A stretch of 64,000 nt of DNA from an uncultured bacterium (GTDB lineage Bacteria > Chlamydiota > Chlamydiia > Chlamydiales > SM23-39), in the NCBI GenBank assembly GCA_963716985.1, contig OY970323.1:352001-416000 (forward strand). The letters are read 5' to 3'. This document shows, in pieces, positions 1-10,577 of the stretch. Under the pieces are notes generated by a model. It saw nothing but the letters and a program-made list of their open reading frames with translations, was not told the origin of the DNA and made no database searches. How positions within the stretch are numbered: position 1 is the stretch's first letter; every line of letters begins with the position of its first letter. A program made the position numbers and the translations under genes.

Positions 1-952
1 CGGGCATTTGACCCATGGGTATCGACAGAACATTTCTTCGAAAATGATGCGCTCGGTTTCCTATGACGTCGATCCAAAAACGGGCCTTCTTGATTATGAT
101 GCCATTGCAACGCTTGCCAAAAAGGAAAAACCGCTCATTTTGGTTGCGGGATATTCTGCCTATCCGCGCCTGATCAATTTTGCCAAGATGAGAGAGATTG
201 CCGATAGTATCGGTGCCCTTCTCATGGTCGATATGGCCCATTTTGCCGGTCTTGTAGCAGGAAAAGTCTTCACGGGCGAATACAACCCTGTCCCTTACGC
301 CCACGTTGTCACTTCGACGACGCATAAAACCCTTCGAGGTCCTCGAGGAGGGCTTATTCTTTGCAAGAAGGAGTTTCAAGAGGTGATCGACAAGGGATGT
401 CCTTTGGTTTTGGGAGGGCCTCTGCCCCACGTGATTGCAGCCAAAGCCGTTGCGTTTACGGAAGCTCTTTTGCCCTCTTTTTCTACCTATAGCCGCCAGA
501 TCGTGAAAAATGCGAAGGCTCTTGCCGAGGAGCTGAAGAAGCTGGGATGCGACGTGCTGACGGGAGGAACCGACAACCATCTTCTCTTGATCAATGTCGC
601 TAAAAGCTTCCAGCTTACCGGACGGCAAGCCGAAACGGCCCTTCGAGGGGCAAGGCTTACGGTCAATCGAAATGTCATTTCCCATGATGCGAATGGCCCT
701 TGGTATACTTCCGCAGTGCGCTTGGGAACGCCGGCAATCACCACGCTTGGAATGAAGGAAAAAGAGATGAAGATCATTGCCGGATGGGTGGCGGAGATTT
801 TAAAGAACACCAAGGCCGTCTTTTCCGAAAAGGAAGGGGGGCTTTCTAGAGCTAAAGCAGAGACCGATGCCAAGGTGTGCGCAAGGGTCTATGGAGAGAT
901 CAAGACGCTTTTAGAGCAATTTCCCTTGTACCCGGAGCTCTCTCTTGCGTAA
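1..952 (+). CDS. glyA: Serine hydroxymethyltransferase, 5' end outside the window
   Basis: GHLTHG at the window edge, DMAHFAGLVA, PLP lysine motif TTHKTLRGPRGG, GGTDNHL, RLGTPAITTLG. Confidence 0.96.
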   Translation, partial: GHLTHGYRQNISSKMMRSVSYDVDPKTGLLDYDAIATLAKKEKPLILVAGYSAYPRLINFAKMREIADSIGALLMVDMAHFAGLVAGKVFTGEYNPVPYAHVVTSTTHKTLRGPRGGLILCKKEFQEVIDKGCPLVLGGPLPHVIAAKAVAFTEALLPSFSTYSRQIVKNAKALAEELKKLGCDVLTGGTDNHLLLINVAKSFQLTGRQAETALRGARLTVNRNVISHDANGPWYTSAVRLGTPAITTLGMKEKEMKIIAGWVAEILKNTKAVFSEKEGGLSRAKAETDAKVCARVYGEIKTLLEQFPLYPELSLA

Positions 953-1011
953 AATAGTTGAAAAAATTGTTTTTTTCCATCAAATGAAAAAGGAACAGGA
1001 GAGTTAAGTCA

Positions 1012-1602
1012 ATGGAGCATGAACAGAGCAAAACAGAAAAGTTTCTGCACGATAAAATCGAACAGGTGATTTTAGACCAGCGTAGAATATTTCTTTCCGG
1101 AGCTGTCGATCAAGATTCTGCAAATGAGATCATTCGCAAGCTTTGGTATTTAGAACACCTATCTCCCGGAAAGCCCATTTTGTTCGTCATTAATTCTCCC
1201 GGCGGTTCCGTCGATTCTGGGTTTGCTATTTGGGATCAGATCCGCATGATTACCTCTCCCGTCTCTACTTTGGTGACGGGCCTTGCGGCTTCTATGGGAT
1301 CTCTCTTGAGCCTGTCGGCCAAGAAGGGAAAGCGTTTTGCCACTCCTTACGCCCGGATCATGATCCACCAACCTCTGATCGGAGGCGTGATTCAAGGACA
1401 GGCGACAGATTTGGAAATTCAGGCGAAAGAGATGCTCAAAACAAGAGATATCATCGTCAAGATTTATTCCGAATCGAGCGGGAAGAGCGAAGAAGAGGTG
1501 CGCCGAGCGATTGATCGCGACAATTGGATGACGGTGGAAGAGGCGTTGAAGTTTGGCCTTTTGGATCGGGTAGTCTCCACCTACAAAGAAATTGGTTTTT
1601 AG
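1012..1602 (+). CDS. clpP: ATP-dependent Clp protease proteolytic subunit
   Basis: [16 protein letters not shown] (catalytic Ser), RIMIHQP (His), DRDNWM. Confidence 0.96.
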   Translation: MEHEQSKTEKFLHDKIEQVILDQRRIFLSGAVDQDSANEIIRKLWYLEHLSPGKPILFVINSPGGSVDSGFAIWDQIRMITSPVSTLVTGLAASMGSLLSLSAKKGKRFATPYARIMIHQPLIGGVIQGQATDLEIQAKEMLKTRDIIVKIYSESSGKSEEEVRRAIDRDNWMTVEEALKFGLLDRVVSTYKEIGF

Positions 1603-1743
1603 CTTTTTGCAATTTTTCATTTTTAAAAAATTTCAAATTGGTGATGCGCGTTAAATAAAAAAAGGAATAGAATAAAAGATCAATTTCGTGCTTTTGAGAA
1701 ATGTTTTGCACAACAAGCTAAATCATTTTTAGGAGGAAAAATT

Positions 1744-2886
1744 ATGGCGAAGAATGTAGCGAAAAGAAAAACCATTATCGGAGTCCCTAAGGAAATTAAG
1801 AATAACGAGTTTCGCGTGGGAGCAACTCCTTATAGCGTGAAAGCGTTTGTGGACGGCGGCCATGAAGTCTGGGTGGAAAAGAATGCCGGAGACAAGATTG
1901 GATTTTCCGATAAAATGTATGAAAGCTTTGGAGCAAAAATGGCTTCTTCTCCAAAAGAAGTTTTCCAAAAATGCGAAATGATCATCAAAGTTAAAGAGCC
2001 TTTGGAAGCCGAGTTTCCCCTCCTTCGCGAAGGGCATATTCTCTTCACCTATCTCCACTTGGCCCCCGATCCGGCACAGACCAAACAGATTTTGGCTAAA
2101 AAGATCATCGGTATTGCCTATGAGACCGTGACCGATGCAAATAATCGCCTGCCCCTTCTCATTCCGATGAGTGAAGTGGCCGGAAGAATGTCCATTCAAG
2201 TGGGCGCAACCGCCCTGCAGCTCATCAACGGAGGAAAGGGCGTTCTTCTCGGTGGCGTTGCCGGAGTGAAGCCCGGAAAAGTTCTCGTGTTTGGAGGAGG
2301 AACTGTTGGAACGGAAGCGCTTCGTGTAGCTCTCGGCGTTGGCGCCGATGTCACTGTATTTGATAAAAGCTTGTCCCGCCTTCGTCAGCTCGATGAGCTT
2401 TATGGGCCCAGGCTCAAGACGATCTATTCCACTCCTGCTGCAATCGATGAAGCGATCAGGACTGCTGATCTGCTCATCGGAGCTGTCCTTGTCCCTGGAG
2501 GAAAGGCGCCTCGATTGATCACCAAAGAAAGCCTGAAGAAGATGGAGCCCGGCACCGTCCTCGTAGACGTTGCGATCGACCAGGGAGGATTTGCAGAAAC
2601 ATCGAAAGCCACTACTCATGCCAACCCCACCTATATTGTCGACGGGATTGTCCATTATTGCGTTGCCAATATGCCCGGCGCGGTGGCAAGGACATCGACG
2701 ATCGCGCTGACGAATGCAACACTGCCCTATGCTTTGAAGTTGGCGAATTTAGGCGTGAGCCAGGCCCTTTTGGAAGACCCCGGGTTTCTCAAAGGATTGA
2801 ATGTTTTCAAAGGCAAGGTAACCAATGAGAATGTGGCTCAAGATTTGGGATATGAGTATGTCCCCCCGGAGCAGGTGCTCAGATAA
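1744..2886 (+). CDS. ald: Alanine dehydrogenase
   Basis: IGVPKEIKNNEFRV, LFTYLHLA, PMSEVAGR, GGGTVG, VDVAIDQGG, HYCVANMPGAV; AGGAGG RBS upstream. Confidence 0.96.
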   Translation: MAKNVAKRKTIIGVPKEIKNNEFRVGATPYSVKAFVDGGHEVWVEKNAGDKIGFSDKMYESFGAKMASSPKEVFQKCEMIIKVKEPLEAEFPLLREGHILFTYLHLAPDPAQTKQILAKKIIGIAYETVTDANNRLPLLIPMSEVAGRMSIQVGATALQLINGGKGVLLGGVAGVKPGKVLVFGGGTVGTEALRVALGVGADVTVFDKSLSRLRQLDELYGPRLKTIYSTPAAIDEAIRTADLLIGAVLVPGGKAPRLITKESLKKMEPGTVLVDVAIDQGGFAETSKATTHANPTYIVDGIVHYCVANMPGAVARTSTIALTNATLPYALKLANLGVSQALLEDPGFLKGLNVFKGKVTNENVAQDLGYEYVPPEQVLR

Positions 2887-2933
2887 ATCTATCTCTCGAG
2901 TAGGGGGCGGCGCTTTCTGAAATAAGAGGAAAT

Positions 2934-5900
2934 ATGAAGATTCCCGAGTGGATTCAGAAAGTGAGAGAAAGCTCCTCCTCCAGCAGGGGAAAAAAGGTGA
3001 AGGAAATCCTTTTTTCTCGAGGAACCTACCAAGTAGCTGTCTATGAAAAAAAGGGCCGAAAGACTTTTTGGCCCTTTTTGCGTTTGGATAGCGAAGGGAA
3101 TCTTCTCGATTTTTTCTGTACCTGTCCCGAATCGGAAAAAAAGCTGGGATGCTCTCATGTAGCGATTGCCTTTCATGCTATTTGCGATGAAAAAAAAGGC
3201 CCTCTTCACATTCGCTTCAACACCTCTTTTTGGAAAGCTTTTTGTCTTGTCGCTCAAAGAAGATGCACAGATCCGTTGAAGAAAAAGGGAGCCGTATATT
3301 CTTGCGGCAAAGAAAAAGAGCCTTTTTTTCAGATATATGTCCTCACAAAAAAGGCGAAAGAATATCTCAAGGAGCTTCTTTCCAAAAAAACAATGGAAGA
3401 GAGTTCTTGGAAGTTTTCTAATTTTTCCTCGGAAGAAATTGCGCTTTGGAAACAGAGAAATGCTTCCGAAGAGATCCTTTTTGAGCTCTCCTTCTGGTCC
3501 GATCTTGCCAAATGGTTTTTTTTTCTCCAGGAGCAGAACAAAAAATATCAGGTTTGCTTTTCCGGGAAGTTCCCGCATGTTGCGGTAGCGTCTTTCGCAG
3601 ACGGTAAGGTCCTGCTTTCGTTAAAAAAAGAAGACTGGCTCCTGCTCATACCAACGCTTTCCTCTATAGATTCTCCTTTGAAGATTCATGGGAAAGAGGA
3701 GAGTATTGAAAAGATCACCTTCGATCCCAATCTTGCCTGTTTTCAAATCGATTTTAAAGAACATAGGAAGAGAGAGGGCAAGGAGATTGAGATTGGAGAG
3801 TGGATCTATGAACCGGGGAGGGGTTTTGTTTCCAAGGACCGCCCCTTTCCCTCCTCGATCATCGAGAAAAACGAGATTGCGTTTTTTTTAGAAAAAGATC
3901 CCCATCTCTTTAAGAGATGTTTGAGCGGAACGCCCATTAAACTCGAATCCGTTGAGGCCAAATACCATCTATTTTTCGACGAAAATCTTTCTTTGCACAT
4001 TCAGCTCTATGTGTTTGAGAGCAAAGAGCTGCAGCAGCCACACGCTCAGTTCTTCCCTCCTTGGATCTACCTTCCCGATAAGGGGTTCGTCCGGTTGAAA
4101 GAGAGTTATTTCTCGGAAAAAGAGCTGATCCTTGAAAAAAAAGAGGTAGGAGACTTTGTCTCGAACCATCGGCTTTGGCTCCAAGAGATAGCGGGATTCC
4201 AAACCTATTTGACGCCGCTCTCTTCCCATCTGATCTATGACCTGCCGCCCGACGGTGATCTTCGTTTTGATCTCAAGATGGATCTTGTTGAGGAGACGGA
4301 GTTTTTTGATTTTATCGATTGGATCTACGTGCAAGGAAGAGGCTTTTATTTGAAAAAAACGCAGGCCCTCTCGATCCAGCCGGGACTTGTGGTAAAAAGA
4401 GAGGAGATCGCTTCTTTCATCCTCATGCATAAAGAAGATCTCGAAGAAGTGGCTTTTTTCTTTACCTCTTTAAACCCCATCCAAAAGATGGGGCTGAAAA
4501 TTTTTTTGAACGAAAAAGAAGAAATCTGCATCCAGCCTAAGATCGAACTTGCCGCCGGCTTTTCTTTGGCGGACCTTGCCTTTTTTGATCAATATGTCTA
4601 CATCTCCGGGAATGGATTTTTTGAGCTCCCTCCCTCGGCTAGACTTCCTGCCAAATATACGAAAGAGGTCATTATCTCTCATGAAGAGGAATCCTTCTTT
4701 TTTAGTTTTGAATGGGATGCTTTAGAACCCTTTGTCATATTGCTTGACGCAAGGCTCAAAAAGCCGGAAAAGCTTTTCTTAAAAGTGGTCCGCCTTGCCC
4801 GAGAAAAGAGAAAGAAGCGTCTGACCTATTTAGCCGACCTCTCCTATGAATCGGAAATCGGCCCATTAAGCGTCAAAGAGCTTTGGCAAGCGCTGCAAAC
4901 GGATCGCAAATATCTCTTTTCAAAAGCGGGGCTTTTAGGACTGAAACAGCCTCGGTTTCATTGGCTCTGCTCTATTAAAAAGGAGCGATTTGATCGAAGG
5001 ACGGGTTTTTTGCGTCTTTCTACCATGGAATGGCTCCGTTTGTGCATCTTTGAGAGTATCGAAGAGCCGATCGGGGAGACCGGCGAAGAGAAAAAAACGA
5101 GATCGCTGCTCGAAGAGCTTTGGAATTTTCGAAGCGACCGCCTGCTCGATATTTCCAAGCTAAGAGCAAAACTGCGCTCCTATCAAGAGACAGGGCTTCA
5201 TTGGCTCTGGTTTTTATATACGAACGGTCTTTCGGGTATATTGTGCGACGAGATGGGCCTTGGAAAAACCCACCAGGCCATGGCGTTGATTGCAGCTGCG
5301 AGTCAAGAGGGGGAAAAAAAACATTTTCTTGTCGTTTGCCCCACATCGGTGATCTACCATTGGCAAGAGCTTCTGAAGAAATTTTTGCCCTCTTTGAAAG
5401 TGATGGTCTATCATGGGATGCACCGCAACCTCGAGGGGTTTAAAGAGAATTATGATCTGCTCCTCTCCTCCTACGGCATCGTTCGATCGGATCGCAAGGA
5501 TCTCAAAAAGATCTTTTTTGAGGTTGCCATATTCGACGAAGTGCAGATTGCGAAGAATTATTTATCGAAGACCTTTCACTCCTTGAAAACGCTCTCTGCG
5601 AACATGAAGCTTGGCCTTACGGGAACTCCGATTGAAAATCGCCTGCGCGAGCTCAAGACCCTTTTTGATCTTGTATTGCCCTCTTATCTGCCCGCAGAGT
5701 CGGCTTTCCAAGAATTTTTCATCCTCCCCATCGAAAAGGAGAATGACGAAGAAAAAAAACAGCTGCTTCAAAAGCTGGTTCGGCCCTTTCTTTTGCGGCG
5801 CAAAAAAGCAGAGGTTCTGCTCGATTTGCCGGAGAAAATTGAAGAGATCTCCTATTGCGATCTGTCCGAAGAGCAGCGCAAGCTTTATCGAGAGGCTGTT

Positions 5901-6599
5901 TCCGAGTCGAAAGACGAGCTTTTCTCGGAGATCAAAGATCCGAAGAAGAGCATTTCCTACATTCACGTCTTTGCTCTTTTGACGCGGCTTAAACAGATCT
6001 GCGACCACCCTTCCCTTATTTACAAAGATCTGAAGAATTTTCATAAACATGAATCGGGCAAGTGGGATCTTTTTGTCGAGCTTTTGAACGAAGCGCGCGA
6101 GAGCAATCAGAAGGTGGTGGTCTTCTCGCAATATCTCGATATGATTGCCATCATCGAAGATTATCTCAAAAGAGAAAAAATTGGGTTTGCTTCCATCAAA
6201 GGATCGACGCGCGATCGAGCTACTGAGATGAGAAAATTTCGAGAGGATCCTTCTTGCGAGGTTTTTGTGGCCTCTCTACTTGCGGCCGGTCTTGGGATCG
6301 ATCTTTCGGCAGGATCGGTCGTGATTCATTACGACCGATGGTGGAATCCGGCAAAAGAAAATCAGGCGACCGACCGGGTCCATCGTTTGGGGCAGAACCG
6401 CGGCGTGCAGGTTTTCAAACTGGTCTCTAAACAATCCATTGAAGAGCACATCCATCAGCTCATTGAAAAGAAAAAGGGGCTGATCGAAGAGATCATTGGC
6501 AGAGATGAGAGCGATGTGATCAAATGTTTCTCCAGGGAAGATCTGATGCAGCTTTTGCAAGCAATGACGCGCGACATTGAAATCGAAAGACTCGATTAA
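2934..6599 (+). CDS. SWIM zinc finger / SNF2-family helicase (chlamydial type)
   Basis: N-terminal CTC...CSH SWIM motif; LCDEMGLGKT, FDEVQIAKN, LTGTPIEN, DRWWNPAKENQATDRVHRLGQ. Confidence 0.93.
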   Translation: MKIPEWIQKVRESSSSSRGKKVKEILFSRGTYQVAVYEKKGRKTFWPFLRLDSEGNLLDFFCTCPESEKKLGCSHVAIAFHAICDEKKGPLHIRFNTSFWKAFCLVAQRRCTDPLKKKGAVYSCGKEKEPFFQIYVLTKKAKEYLKELLSKKTMEESSWKFSNFSSEEIALWKQRNASEEILFELSFWSDLAKWFFFLQEQNKKYQVCFSGKFPHVAVASFADGKVLLSLKKEDWLLLIPTLSSIDSPLKIHGKEESIEKITFDPNLACFQIDFKEHRKREGKEIEIGEWIYEPGRGFVSKDRPFPSSIIEKNEIAFFLEKDPHLFKRCLSGTPIKLESVEAKYHLFFDENLSLHIQLYVFESKELQQPHAQFFPPWIYLPDKGFVRLKESYFSEKELILEKKEVGDFVSNHRLWLQEIAGFQTYLTPLSSHLIYDLPPDGDLRFDLKMDLVEETEFFDFIDWIYVQGRGFYLKKTQALSIQPGLVVKREEIASFILMHKEDLEEVAFFFTSLNPIQKMGLKIFLNEKEEICIQPKIELAAGFSLADLAFFDQYVYISGNGFFELPPSARLPAKYTKEVIISHEEESFFFSFEWDALEPFVILLDARLKKPEKLFLKVVRLAREKRKKRLTYLADLSYESEIGPLSVKELWQALQTDRKYLFSKAGLLGLKQPRFHWLCSIKKERFDRRTGFLRLSTMEWLRLCIFESIEEPIGETGEEKKTRSLLEELWNFRSDRLLDISKLRAKLRSYQETGLHWLWFLYTNGLSGILCDEMGLGKTHQAMALIAAASQEGEKKHFLVVCPTSVIYHWQELLKKFLPSLKVMVYHGMHRNLEGFKENYDLLLSSYGIVRSDRKDLKKIFFEVAIFDEVQIAKNYLSKTFHSLKTLSANMKLGLTGTPIENRLRELKTLFDLVLPSYLPAESAFQEFFILPIEKENDEEKKQLLQKLVRPFLLRRKKAEVLLDLPEKIEEISYCDLSEEQRKLYREAVSESKDELFSEIKDPKKSISYIHVFALLTRLKQICDHPSLIYKDLKNFHKHESGKWDLFVELLNEARESNQKVVVFSQYLDMIAIIEDYLKREKIGFASIKGSTRDRATEMRKFREDPSCEVFVASLLAAGLGIDLSAGSVVIHYDRWWNPAKENQATDRVHRLGQNRGVQVFKLVSKQSIEEHIHQLIEKKKGLIEEIIGRDESDVIKCFSREDLMQLLQAMTRDIEIERLD

Positions 6600-6615
6600 A
6601 AGTCACGATCTCTAT

Positions 6616-6894
6616 TCAGGATTTTTCTTCTTCACTCCACCACTCCATCAATACGGCTACGAAGATTGAACTTACTACAATCGCGGGCAAATTGGCTCCC
6701 AAGCTTCCGGCGGTGATGGTCACGAGTGTGAGAAGTTTGAAGGTTGCTGCAGCACTCAGGGCGATCATGGGGATACGAATCATAACGCGAAGAATTTTCA
6801 TTAAAGTTTCTTTAAAAGAATCTAGCCTTGATGAGTCTTTCCCCCACCAGAGAAAAGCGACGCGTGAAGGTGAAAAAACAGATAAACCAGCCAT
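6616..6894 (-). CDS. Small membrane protein, Inc-like; paralog of 42507..42803
   Basis: Bilobed hydrophobic stretch; N-terminus MAGLSVFSPSRV resembles MTSLSVFSSSKV of the paralog; GGAGG RBS. Confidence 0.65.
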   Translation of the reverse strand: MAGLSVFSPSRVAFLWWGKDSSRLDSFKETLMKILRVMIRIPMIALSAAATFKLLTLVTITAGSLGANLPAIVVSSIFVAVLMEWWSEEEKS

Positions 6895-6973
6895 GAAAAC
6901 CTCCCTATTTTCTTATTGAAGAACAAAATACTACAAAACCTTAGCATTAAATCAAAGAATCAAGGTTTACTGG

Positions 6974-7108
6974 CAGCAGCTCCCGCCCAAAATGAGAAAT
7001 TGTAAACACCCTTACTTCTCGTACACGACTCAAAAGTGGATAGAAAACGCTTACGAAAATTTTTAGAAGCCTTTGTCTATGAAAAAAAACCTTCAGCGGG
7101 AGCTCCTG
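6974..7108. mobile_element. MITE family A (135 bp)
   Basis: Ends CAGCAGCTCCCGC / GCGGGAGCTCCTG (1 mismatch); flanks GTTTACTGG / GTTTTCTGG form a near-perfect 9-bp TSD; a solo end CCTTCAGCGGGAGCTGCTG lies near 7727-7745. Confidence 0.65.
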
Positions 7109-7225
7109 GTTTTCTGGTTAAGGCTTCCCATAAAATCGAGAAGTGCTGCGAATCGATAATATTTGAGAAATAACCACTCTTGCTGCACAATTATTGATCA
7201 TTTTTAACCGATGAGGATCAGAATA

Positions 7226-7654
7226 ATGAGCACATTAATGGCTACAGGTATTGGAGACAACATCCAGTCAAGCGCAAAATGGGTCTTCGAAAATGCATTA
7301 TTCGGAGTAGGTGTAGCGATAGGCTCCGCTTTTCCCGCGGAGTCTCTCGCTTTGGCACCTTTGATATTGGTCGCAATTGTAGTAGGTGGTATAGCTCTAA
7401 CGATAATAGAGTCAAGTGTACAAGCCTCGAAGGCATTGACAGCAATGACAATTATGGGTGGATCAGCTTTGGCTATATTTTCGACATTCGAGGTCCTTTC
7501 GTCTGAGAAAGCAGGTGTAACTGTGCGATATCGTAATATGTGTCTCGCCGGGGCCGGAGTAGTTCTTATAGGGAGCTATTCTCTTCTTGCCTACGGTGCC
7601 TATCATATTTGGAAACTTTCACATCCTCCAAAGAAGAGCTGGTATCAGTGGTAA
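7226..7654 (+). CDS. Inc-like multi-TM protein, WYQW family
   Basis: Several hydrophobic segments; C-terminus HPPKKSWYQW; paralogous to 7804..8244 and 43131..43784. Confidence 0.7.
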   Translation: MSTLMATGIGDNIQSSAKWVFENALFGVGVAIGSAFPAESLALAPLILVAIVVGGIALTIIESSVQASKALTAMTIMGGSALAIFSTFEVLSSEKAGVTVRYRNMCLAGAGVVLIGSYSLLAYGAYHIWKLSHPPKKSWYQW

Positions 7655-7803
7655 AAAAGATGTTTTTTTGCTCCTGCCTTGCCCAGGATAAAGCAAGGAA
7701 CAAGGTTCTTTGTCAGAAGCCCTTGCCTTCAGCGGGAGCTGCTGTTGAATCGATTTATTATCGGACAATACTTGATCTTTTTAACCAAAAATGGATCAAA
7801 AAA

Positions 7804-8244
7804 ATGAGTACAGCAGCAAGTGGAATCATAGGCGGAGATGTTCTGTCAAAAGAAAAATGGGTTTGCGAACTCACGGTGGCCTGTTCAGTAGGCCTAACAT
7901 TAGGAGGGGTGCCGCCTTACGTTACAGCACCTATTTGTATAGCAGCTATAATCGGAGCAGGTGTTTTTTTTCACCCAACGGTACAAAAAGCAAATAGCTT
8001 TCTAGACGCAGGAACAGCGTCTTTAATCATGGGCGGAGGGTGTTCGGCGCTACTTGCGGCAAGGTGGTTTCATTCTGGTGTGGAAAATTGTATTTCCTCA
8101 GACATTCCTAAAATATGTAGGGGATTTTATCTCGTCGTGACTGGAGTGGCCGCAATAGCAGGCGCCTTTCTTATCTGCTATGGTGTATACTATCTTTACA
8201 AATCTGTACAGCCTTCCCCAAAGAAGAGCTGGTATCAGTGGTAA
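7804..8244 (+). CDS. Inc-like multi-TM protein, WYQW family
   Basis: Likely start MSTAASGI at 7804; hydrophobic hairpins, CISSDIPKIC loop, C-terminus PSPKKSWYQW with the same 3' nucleotide sequence as the upstream paralog. Confidence 0.72.
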   Translation: MSTAASGIIGGDVLSKEKWVCELTVACSVGLTLGGVPPYVTAPICIAAIIGAGVFFHPTVQKANSFLDAGTASLIMGGGCSALLAARWFHSGVENCISSDIPKICRGFYLVVTGVAAIAGAFLICYGVYYLYKSVQPSPKKSWYQW

Positions 8245-8300
8245 AAAGGATACCTTTTTGCACCGGCGTTGCATGGTATCGTCGTTCCTAAAGACACAGG

Positions 8301-8402
8301 CTAGTGCTCTGCCATTCTTTAATTTTAGGATAAATTGACTTGAGTTTATGCCGACCGTTGCCAAACTTATAATCCTAAATTTTAACTATGACAGAGCACT
8401 AG
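8301..8402. mobile_element. MITE family B (~100 bp, CTAG-bounded)
   Basis: CTAGTGCTCTGCCA ... TGACAGAGCACTAG with ~30-bp imperfect inverted ends; a second copy starts at 63954. Confidence 0.8.
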
Positions 8403-8487
8403 TTCAGTAGATGGGCGAACATTACGACCCACCGGCTTCAAGATTGTGAAGAAAATGGACAAATGAATTATTAGCTGGATTAATAAT

Positions 8488-8604
8488 TTTATGACACATT
8501 TGTAGAAATTTTGTCATAAAAAGTGTCGTAATAATGTCGCAAAAATGAAGAAATGATTGCCAAAGACTCGTTTTTATGACATAATTAAGAAAAAAGCGTC
8601 GTAA
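8488..8604. promoter_or_regulatory. Clustered TTAYGACA / TGTCRTAA operator-like motifs upstream of the Fic gene
   Basis: TTTATGACA 8488, TGTCATAAA 8512, TGTCGTAA 8524, TGTCGCAA 8535, TTATGACA 8574, CGTCGTAA 8597; two inverted pairs. Confidence 0.55.
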
Positions 8605-8609
8605 AAGCC

Positions 8610-9653
8610 ATGCCATTTCATCCAAAATTCACAATTTCTATCCCGATTGCATCTGCACTCACGGCGATTGAGCATACACGGGGGTTTCTGGAGGCAGCAA
8701 ATCTTTCGAGAGATTGGGTGTCGAAAATGCAGTCTCGTGCGCTGATTTTGGAAGCTCACCACACCACACATATAGAAGGAACTCATTTAAGCCTGGATCA
8801 GTCTGAAAGGCTGATTGCCGGTGAGGCAATATCCGGCATCGATTCTGAAGATGCAAAAGAATTGTTGAACTATAGAAAGGCTTTTGACTTCGTTGCTGAC
8901 TATATCTTTTCTCAAGGAGCTATTACCGAAGGTCTAATTAGAGAAATCCATAGACGGCTTGTAGATGGTGTACGAGGAAATAGCGCCCATCCCGGACAAT
9001 ACAGAACCATGCAAAATTATGTGGCTAATTCAAAAACCGGGGAAGTGATTTATACTCCCCCCGCCGCCTATGATGTTCCGCTCTTTATGGCCGAGTTGGT
9101 AGATTGGTTGCAGAAGGAACAAACCATCCCACCCGTCCTTGTAGCTGGGATCGCACAGTTTCAACTCGTCCATATACATCCTTTTTTGGATGGCAATGGC
9201 AGAACGGCTCGTCTATTGTCCACCTTGTGTCTTTACCGATCGGGTTATGATTTTAAGAAACTTTTTACGATCAGCGAATACTATGATCGCAATCGACAGG
9301 ACTACTACAGTGCGGTCCAATCTGTCAGAAATAACCATATGGATATGACGGTGTGGCTTGAATATTTCTCTAAGGCATTAGAGACCCAAATGCATGAAAT
9401 TCAACTCAAAGGGTCTCACGCTATGAAATTGGATGTTTTAGTGGCGCAATATAAACTTTCTAAAAGACAGAAGCAGGCATTGGAAGGTTTGCTGGAAAGA
9501 GAAGAAGATTTTACCATTCAAGACTACGAATCGCTTTGCCCCGACGTCAATAGAAGGTCTTTGCAAAGAGACATTTCCGACCTAATAGAAAAGGGAGTTG
9601 TCTCCCAAAAAGGGATCAAAAAAGCGGCTCGCTACAGACTACTAATCCGCTAG
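8610..9653 (+). CDS. Fic-domain protein (class II-like) with C-terminal HTH
   Basis: Canonical [13 protein letters not shown]-terminal TTHIEG inhibitory-type (S/T)xxxEG motif; C-terminal [16 protein letters not shown]eoR-like HTH. Confidence 0.93.
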   Translation: MPFHPKFTISIPIASALTAIEHTRGFLEAANLSRDWVSKMQSRALILEAHHTTHIEGTHLSLDQSERLIAGEAISGIDSEDAKELLNYRKAFDFVADYIFSQGAITEGLIREIHRRLVDGVRGNSAHPGQYRTMQNYVANSKTGEVIYTPPAAYDVPLFMAELVDWLQKEQTIPPVLVAGIAQFQLVHIHPFLDGNGRTARLLSTLCLYRSGYDFKKLFTISEYYDRNRQDYYSAVQSVRNNHMDMTVWLEYFSKALETQMHEIQLKGSHAMKLDVLVAQYKLSKRQKQALEGLLEREEDFTIQDYESLCPDVNRRSLQRDISDLIEKGVVSQKGIKKAARYRLLIR

Positions 9654-10577
9654 GCACTTGCTTGTATGGGGGAAGATTCTTTCCCAAGTTTTTAAAATCT
9701 CATTCCAAAGGTGCTCCAAGCGCAGGAGGGCCCAGGTTCCTAAAGACACAAACCGGTTTAGTATATGGGCGAACATACGCCCCACCAGCTTCAAGATGGG
9801 CATTGCGACAAAAGAGATCGTTTTGGCGATTACTCTTACTACAGAGCTCGTAACTTTCCAAAGCGGCATGAGGAGATATTTCCCTAATGTTTTGCCGGTA
9901 ATGTACAATCCGCACCAGAGCAGTCGCAAAGGTGGAAACAGAATTTTTTCAAAAATCCATCCGGCAACGCGGGCGGTTTCCATGAAAAGACGAGATGCAT
10001 TGTTGAGTATTTTAAGAACCACTCGTGCGGTCACTCGAAGGACAGGCTTCATCATATAAGTCCAGCAGCGGTAGCAAATCCAATCGATGGGCTTTCGACA
10101 TTTCAAATAGGTCCATCGAATCGCTTTTCCCACAGCAATCAATGGGGGCATTGCAATATGTTTCCAGAGAGGAGCCGTCACATTATGGAAAACCCAGAGA
10201 CAAACAGTTTCCGTCTTTTTAGATAAAAAACTAAAGAATGCAGGAAAGGCTGCAATGATTCTTTTGGGAAGAGCCACTCCAAGGCCATAAATCGGAACGG
10301 CGCTTGCGACGAGAAGCTTTTCTCCGATCGTTTCAATGAGACTGCCCAATTTTGCTACAATGGGAACATTTGCCCAGCCGGCAAAGGCAGCGATCGAATA
10401 TCCTAAAAAGCAACCGGTTAATCCATAGAGCGCGAGGGTATAAAGCACTCCCAAAATCATCAGAACCAAAGCAGTAATCTTTTTTTGTGTGGTCGATGCA
10501 TGAAACACCATCTGCGCGTTGCCGATAATCAAATCTTTTGGGTTTTTTACAGCGATATCATAGAGAGCTCCCAGCAT
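9642..10577 (-). CDS. Hypothetical hydrophobic/amphipathic membrane protein, possibly 5'-truncated
   Basis: 311-aa ORF with repeated W/P-rich amphipathic helices; the frame stays open upstream to ~10680 without a start codon. Confidence 0.6.
   Translation of the reverse strand: MLGALYDIAVKNPKDLIIGNAQMVFHASTTQKKITALVLMILGVLYTLALYGLTGCFLGYSIAAFAGWANVPIVAKLGSLIETIGEKLLVASAVPIYGLGVALPKRIIAAFPAFFSFLSKKTETVCLWVFHNVTAPLWKHIAMPPLIAVGKAIRWTYLKCRKPIDWICYRCWTYMMKPVLRVTARVVLKILNNASRLFMETARVAGWIFEKILFPPLRLLWCGLYITGKTLGKYLLMPLWKVTSSVVRVIAKTISFVAMPILKLVGRMFAHILNRFVSLGTWALLRLEHLWNEILKTWERIFPHTSKCLAD

Noticed and set aside
1729..2655. 308-aa minus-strand ORF
   Set aside because: Antisense shadow of ald with no recognisable motifs.
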